A stretch of DNA of 64,000 nucleotides from Desulfobulbaceae bacterium DB1 (GTDB taxonomy: Bacteria > Desulfobacterota > Desulfobulbia > Desulfobulbales > SURF-16). Both the position numbers and the translations under genes were made by a program. The stretch is from assembly GCA_001914235.1 (NCBI GenBank), contig MQUF01000006.1, forward strand, positions 203,234 through 267,233. Direction: 5' to 3'. Under the pieces are notes generated by a model that saw only the letters and a program-made list of their open reading frames with translations, was not told the DNA's origin and searched no databases. Positions 60,451-64,000 of this stretch are shown piece by piece; the stretch's first letter is position 1; the number at the start of each line of letters is the position of its first letter.

Positions 60451-61338
60451 TCAACCAGTCACTCCCATCGGTCCAAAAACAAAATCGTTGAGCAATCTTT
60501 CCAGCCTCTGCCTGGTTTTGTGCAGGTTGTTGTAATGCCGGAATTTCGACAATTTCCCGGCATGGTTGAAGCGGGGCTGGCTCGGATCGATTTCCCAGGG
60601 ATGGAGATAAAAAACAAAGGGCTTGCGCTCGTCGCTATTAATTTTTTTCAGGGCCATTTTCGTAAACCAGTAAGGGAACAGGCGGAAATAGCCGCCGCCG
60701 GCCACAGGAATTTTTCTTCCCAGGAAAAGCGACGTGGAAATAGGATATTCCATCATGTCATGGTTTGGCAATTTATATTCGAAACGGGGGGCGTCCGGAA
60801 TACCGTAGTTGTCATGATAAATGGGAAAGATGCTTGAATCGTATTTGAAGCCGAGTTCCTCCAGAATATCCAAGGCCCAAAGCGATTTTTTTGTTATCGA
60901 ATAACTGGGGGCGCGGTAGCCGACGACCGCCTTGCCTGTTATTTCTTCAAGAATATCCTTGGCCCGCCGGGTGTCTTCCCTGAATTCAGCGGGCGAAAGA
61001 TCATAAATTTTTCTGTGCAGATAGCTGTGGCAGCCTATTTCGTGCCCATGCCGGACAATTTCTTTTACCAGCGCCGGACAGCGTTCGGCAATCCAGCCGA
61101 CAATAAAAAATGTGGCTTTGACATTATGGGCAGCCAGCAGATTTAAAATATTCCCGGTGTTGTTTTCCACCCGCAAATCGCACCCTCCCCATTCTCGGGG
61201 AGAAATTACTTTTTCGAATGCCGCAACCTGAAAATAGTCTTCAACATCAATGGTGAGGTAGTTGGTTGGCTGGTTCAATTTGTTGTTTGGTCTAATTGGT
61301 CTGATTGGTCGGGTTGGTTGGATTGGTTTTCTCCGCAT
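60451..61338 (-). CDS. Polysaccharide deacetylase, PEP-CTERM/XrtA-locus subfamily (NodB fold plus DUF3473-like C-terminus)
   Basis: LTIDVEDYFQVAAFEKVISPREW, ATFFIVGWIAERCPALVKEIVRHGHEIGCHSYLH and GGGYFRLFPY. Start uncertain: the track ORF begins at 61392, I use Met at 61338, and both lie in or after short tandem repeats. Confidence 0.85.
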   Translation of the reverse strand: MRRKPIQPTRPIRPIRPNNKLNQPTNYLTIDVEDYFQVAAFEKVISPREWGGCDLRVENNTGNILNLLAAHNVKATFFIVGWIAERCPALVKEIVRHGHEIGCHSYLHRKIYDLSPAEFREDTRRAKDILEEITGKAVVGYRAPSYSITKKSLWALDILEELGFKYDSSIFPIYHDNYGIPDAPRFEYKLPNHDMMEYPISTSLFLGRKIPVAGGGYFRLFPYWFTKMALKKINSDERKPFVFYLHPWEIDPSQPRFNHAGKLSKFRHYNNLHKTRQRLERLLNDFVFGPMGVTG

Positions 61339-61362
61339 TCCGAAATCCCAAATCCCAAATCC
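61264..61362. repeat. Degenerate 9-bp tandem array (GGTCTAATT GGTCTGATT GGTCGGGTT GGTTGGATT ...) plus a 7-bp repeat AAATCCC x2.9
   Basis: 9-bp units in register at 61272-61333, with the best copies at 61289-61324. Two units are identical to units of the dnaE-proximal array. The 7-bp repeat is at 61343-61362. Confidence 0.8.
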
Positions 61363-61425
61363 GCTATTGCATGACATCGAACATAACCACACCCTGCGGT
61401 CTCCGATGCCGTATTTGCCTCTTTC

Positions 61426-61779
61426 TCACAAAAACATGCGATAATCAGCACGAAGAGCATCTGCCAGTCTTTTGGCCACCTCTTTGCCGATGGGACGCTT
61501 CCCGTTTTCCATCTCCGAAATATGCCGTTGGGGGATACCTGTCAATTCCGATAATTGCCGTTGTGTAAGGTTTTCCCGGTGTCGATAACCACGCAGCGCA
61601 ATCTGCTGCTCTTTTCCCGCATACTCTGGGAATACTTCGGCGATGGTATAGGTACGCTCTTCCGCCTCGTCGATCGCCTTAGCATACTCTCTCACCTTTG
61701 CCGCATTACTGCGATGAACCCGCACACGAATCGTCACATAGTCTTTATCAATATGGTGCTTTCTCATGGGTTCCGGCAT
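61426..61779 (-). CDS. XRE-family HTH antitoxin (HigA-like)
   Basis: Start MPEPMRKHH with GGAGGTGG SD. HTH reads LTQRQLSELTGIPQRHISEMENGKRPIG. It overlaps the toxin 3' end. Confidence 0.75.
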   Translation of the reverse strand: MPEPMRKHHIDKDYVTIRVRVHRSNAAKVREYAKAIDEAEERTYTIAEVFPEYAGKEQQIALRGYRHRENLTQRQLSELTGIPQRHISEMENGKRPIGKEVAKRLADALRADYRMFL

Positions 61780-62029
61780 AAACCACCTCCACCAAACAAA
61801 TTTCCCCTTTGCATTCCCGCCATACGGCCACATCATAGGTTGGTTTCCCCTTCTTCAAATGGCAATGATGCTCCGAGTTGGACAATTTGGAGTAATTCGG
61901 CCAGTCTCCGCGTATTGGCCCTCTTGCCTCGATATCACGAACCAACTGAAACAGGATTTCGCGCACCTTGACGGGCAGCTTCTCCTTCTGCTTCCGCGCC
62001 CTTCAGGTGAATTCTACTACCCACTTCAC
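61748..62029 (-). pseudogene. RelE/StbE-type toxin gene with an in-frame TGA at codon 9
   Basis: My own translation from GTG 62029 gives (M)KWVVEFT-*-RARKQKEKLPVKVREILFQLVRDIEARGPIRGDWPNYSKLSNSEHHCHLKKGKPTYDVAVWRE...VEVVYAGTHEKAPY. The TGA is at 62005-62003. The track shows only the 72-aa distal part. Confidence 0.65.
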
Positions 62030-62046
62030 AATATATACCAATTATT

Positions 62047-62090
62047 AGATTTCTGTTGGGTTGCGCTGCGCTTAACCCAACCTACAAACT
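62047..62090. repeat. 44-bp palindromic repeat, copy 1 (AGATTTCTGTTGGGTTGCGCTGCGCTTAACCCAACCTACAAACT)
   Basis: Identical to copy 2, with one mismatch to copy 3. Internal hairpin GTTGGGTT / AACCCAAC. Confidence 0.95.
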
Positions 62091-62205
62091 TGCCTTGACG
62101 ATGCGGAAGGTCTCTTCGTAGATGGTTTTGCGCGGGCCGAGGGCCACCCCCTCGATGATTCCCTTAGCGGAAATGCGGTAAACAATCCGCATGTTCTTGA
62201 CCCGC
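62091..62205 (-). pseudogene. 3' fragment of a RelE/ParE-like toxin gene (fragment 1)
   Basis: Minus-strand reading gives NLRVKNMRIVYRISAKGIIEGVALGPRKTIYEETFRIVKASL*. No N-terminal part is present. It is bounded by repeat copies 1 and 2. Confidence 0.6.
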
Positions 62206-62249
62206 AGATTTCTGTTGGGTTGCGCTGCGCTTAACCCAACCTACAAACT
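62206..62249. repeat. 44-bp palindromic repeat, copy 2
   Basis: Exact duplicate of 62047-62090. Confidence 0.95.
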
Positions 62250-62308
62250 CTCCACCGCATGAATAAGCGCTTAATTCTTTCTTCCAGCTTATACGGGCAT
62301 TTCTTCGT

Positions 62309-63718
62309 TTACTGCCGATCCCGCACCAGCTTCCAGGCATCAAACTCGGACAACTTCAGCCGATACATGGCCACATTGCCCTCATGCAAGCGCTGCAAGG
62401 CATCCTGCACCATCTTGGCAAACATGGCGGAGTCACTGCCCGGCACCAACTGATCGGCCAGTTGGTGAACATTCTGAGCGGAAGGCTCCTTACTTTCTCG
62501 AACAATAGACTGCACGGCATCGATCAAGGTCTCCCGGTAGCGGATGCGTAAAGGATCAGGCTCAGCCATGGTCTGGGTGATGGCGAGATAGCGCTGACAG
62601 GAACGCTCATAAGCCCAAACAAAGACATCGCGCAACAGGTCAACCTGGTTGAGCTCATAGACGCCTAAAGTGCCGTCCACATATGCCTGTTCCGGCACAT
62701 CGACGAAAGACAGCGGACAGAGGTTGTGGCGAAAGAGCGGAATGTTGGCCCCCAAGCGGGAGACCCGCTTGTTGACATCCTCGAATGGCTGGAGATACGG
62801 CAACTGGACCATCACGAAAAAGGCTTGCTCAAAGGGGTCGGGGATGGCAGCACCCTTCGCGAGCAGCAAACGGAAGCAGTCCTCCAGAACTTGGGGCATG
62901 GCCAACGGGTGGAAGACCGAGCCCGCGATGTCTACCGGCCGGCGACGTAAGCGCCCGCAGGCGTCTTCATCGTGGAGCAGGTTTTCCGACAACAGGGCGT
63001 GCAGGTTGAGGAAGGTGAAGGGATTGAACCCAACCTGATCGACCTCTTCGATAAGCATTTCGATGGCTGCCTTGTGATTCAGGATCATCTGGGTTTCCTG
63101 AATATCCTTGCCTGCCGCCGCCTGTCCAAACTCGATCAGATTTTTGGTATCGAGACGGCTGTAAGTGTTGCCCTCCAACCTGGACGAGGCCCAGGAGAGA
63201 TCAACCAGTAAACGATTCAGGAGTTCCCGGGCATAGGTTCCTGCCGGCCGTTGGTCAGGCGAGGTACTGCCCATGGCATGGAGGTCGGCCCGCAGTGACT
63301 CGGGGAGATAGAAGGTAACGCCTGGCTCGTAGTCCTCAAGGAACGTCCGCTGATACCCGACAGGCTGCCGTTGCATCAGGGGACGCCGGATGAGATCGCA
63401 AATGATGCCGCCTTCTCGCGAAACCGGGATATATGGTTCAGTCTCGACACGACCTGCCCCTTTTGCCGTGCGGTCTCGTCTGCCGCGCAATTCGTTTGGG
63501 GCGCGCTTGTAAACCAGAGCGATGCTTTCGCCTTCGGTCGTGATGCGTGCATCCACCATGAGGCGTTCCAGGCGGCGCTGCAAGGTACGACGGTTGAGCA
63601 TTTTCGGCAGGCGGCGGTGGAGGGCCTCTTCCAGGGCTGAGATGCCGATACCCTCGGGATGCTCTGAAATTACCCGTTCGATCAGCTCTAATTCTTCAGC
63701 AGGCACACTACGCGACAT
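62309..63718 (-). CDS. Fic/Doc-family protein with N-terminal wHTH and a degenerate active-site motif (QPFEDVNKR)
   Basis: Start at MSRSVPAEELELIERV (AAGGGGA SD). Alpha-inh-like SSRLEGN at aa 199-205 of the track ORF. The Fic core reads QLPYLQPFEDVNKRVSRLGAN (62765-62791), where HPFxDGNGR is expected. Confidence 0.8.
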   Translation of the reverse strand: MSRSVPAEELELIERVISEHPEGIGISALEEALHRRLPKMLNRRTLQRRLERLMVDARITTEGESIALVYKRAPNELRGRRDRTAKGAGRVETEPYIPVSREGGIICDLIRRPLMQRQPVGYQRTFLEDYEPGVTFYLPESLRADLHAMGSTSPDQRPAGTYARELLNRLLVDLSWASSRLEGNTYSRLDTKNLIEFGQAAAGKDIQETQMILNHKAAIEMLIEEVDQVGFNPFTFLNLHALLSENLLHDEDACGRLRRRPVDIAGSVFHPLAMPQVLEDCFRLLLAKGAAIPDPFEQAFFVMVQLPYLQPFEDVNKRVSRLGANIPLFRHNLCPLSFVDVPEQAYVDGTLGVYELNQVDLLRDVFVWAYERSCQRYLAITQTMAEPDPLRIRYRETLIDAVQSIVRESKEPSAQNVHQLADQLVPGSDSAMFAKMVQDALQRLHEGNVAMYRLKLSEFDAWKLVRDRQ

Positions 63719-63852
63719 GAAAGTTCCCCTTGATGGCTTCGTTGCATGGTTTCCCCCGGCCGGCAACGGCAGGAACGACACAAAAGAGTGACATCATAAT
63801 GGCATACGTTAATGTCGCGCGTCAACAATAATTTGAATAACCATATCGCTCA

Positions 63853-63896
63853 AGATTTCTGTTGGGTTGCGCTGCGCTTAACCCAACCTGCAAACT
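63853..63896. repeat. 44-bp palindromic repeat, copy 3 (one mismatch: CCTGCAAACT)
   Basis: AGATTTCTGTTGGGTTGCGCTGCGCTTAACCCAACCTGCAAACT. Confidence 0.95.
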
Positions 63897-63988
63897 CTTC
63901 ACAGATGGTTTTGCGCAGGCCGGGAGCCACCACCTCGATGATTCCCTTGGCGGAAATGCGGTAAACAATCCGCATGTTCTTGACCCGC
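63897..63988 (-). pseudogene. 3' fragment of the same RelE/ParE-like toxin gene (fragment 2, shorter and diverged)
   Basis: Minus-strand reading gives NLRVKNMRIVYRISAKGIIEVVAPGLRKTICEE... and runs into repeat copy 3. It is highly similar at the nucleotide level to 62113-62205. Confidence 0.6.
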
Positions 63989-64000
63989 AGATTTCTGTTG
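63989..64000. repeat. 44-bp palindromic repeat, copy 4 (cut by the window end)
   Basis: AGATTTCTGTTG matches the first 12 nt of the repeat and occupies the same position relative to the toxin fragment as copy 2. Confidence 0.7.

Noticed and set aside
62003-62005. The in-frame TGA in the RelE-type toxin as a second selenocysteine codon.
   Set aside because: No SECIS-like hairpin lies at the proper distance. The position corresponds to a non-Cys, non-catalytic N-terminal residue in this toxin family. A nonsense mutation is the simpler explanation.
62047-62249. The 44-bp palindromes as integron attC sites, since the arms GTTGGGT / ACCCAAC match GTTRRRY / RYYYAAC.
   Set aside because: In attC the inverse core (RYYYAAC) precedes the core (GTTRRRY) on either strand, and here the order is reversed. 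The hairpin is only about 27 nt, there is no L'/L'' complementarity when distant copies are paired, and no intI gene is visible. It is kept as an open cassette-like observation but not called an integron.

Overview
This 64-kb chromosomal window comes from a Gram-negative bacterium, shown by LolA, MsbA, KdsB and LPS-core genes. Selenocysteine use, the gmk-remA-yicC cluster, MucR and an exosortase suggest a Desulfobacterota-like anaerobe, but that is inference only. All family calls rest on by-eye motif recognition; no searches or folding programs were run.

Layout:
- 1-34 kb: mostly housekeeping. A truncated IS4-like transposase sits at the left edge, followed by mucR, murI, lolA, a B12-binding radical SAM gene, cobU and cobD, a phosphoesterase, an S1-domain protein and a response regulator. 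Then come rlmB-gmk-remA-yicC-hldA, a chemotaxis/rhodanese/MauE cluster, several unrelated genes (a UPF0748/GHL10-like protein, a YkgJ-like protein, DUF4197, xdhC), dnaE, and rfbBACD.
- 34.6-46.5 kb: an LPS core/O-antigen-ligase island that looks more AT-rich by eye. It holds waaG-like, two LPS kinases, msbA-like, an FkbM methyltransferase, a waaL-like ligase, GT9, GT4 x2 and a KpsS-like gene.
- 46.5-52.4 kb: an insertion-sequence hot spot with IS1380, kdsB, an intact IS3, a sulfotransferase and a decayed IS3 remnant.
- 52.4-61.4 kb: an exosortase/EpsI exopolysaccharide locus.
- 61.4-64 kb: a small accessory patch with a toxin-antitoxin pair (toxin carries a premature stop), a Fic protein with a degenerate Doc-like motif, and a 44-bp palindromic repeat bracketing toxin-gene fragments.

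Most notable observations:
1. A three-rhodanese lipoprotein gene is split in the ORF track by an in-frame UGA. The UGA aligns with a Cys in the neighbouring paralog and is followed by an fdhF-like SECIS hairpin, so this is probably a selenoprotein.
2. A 21-unit 9-bp tandem repeat fills the whole gap upstream of dnaE, and a related array lies at the 5' end of the polysaccharide deacetylase gene.
3. A roughly 170-nt highly structured intergenic element lies downstream of the response regulator.
4. The palindromic-repeat and toxin-fragment modules are arranged like cassettes around the Fic gene.

No tRNA, rRNA or CRISPR array was seen.
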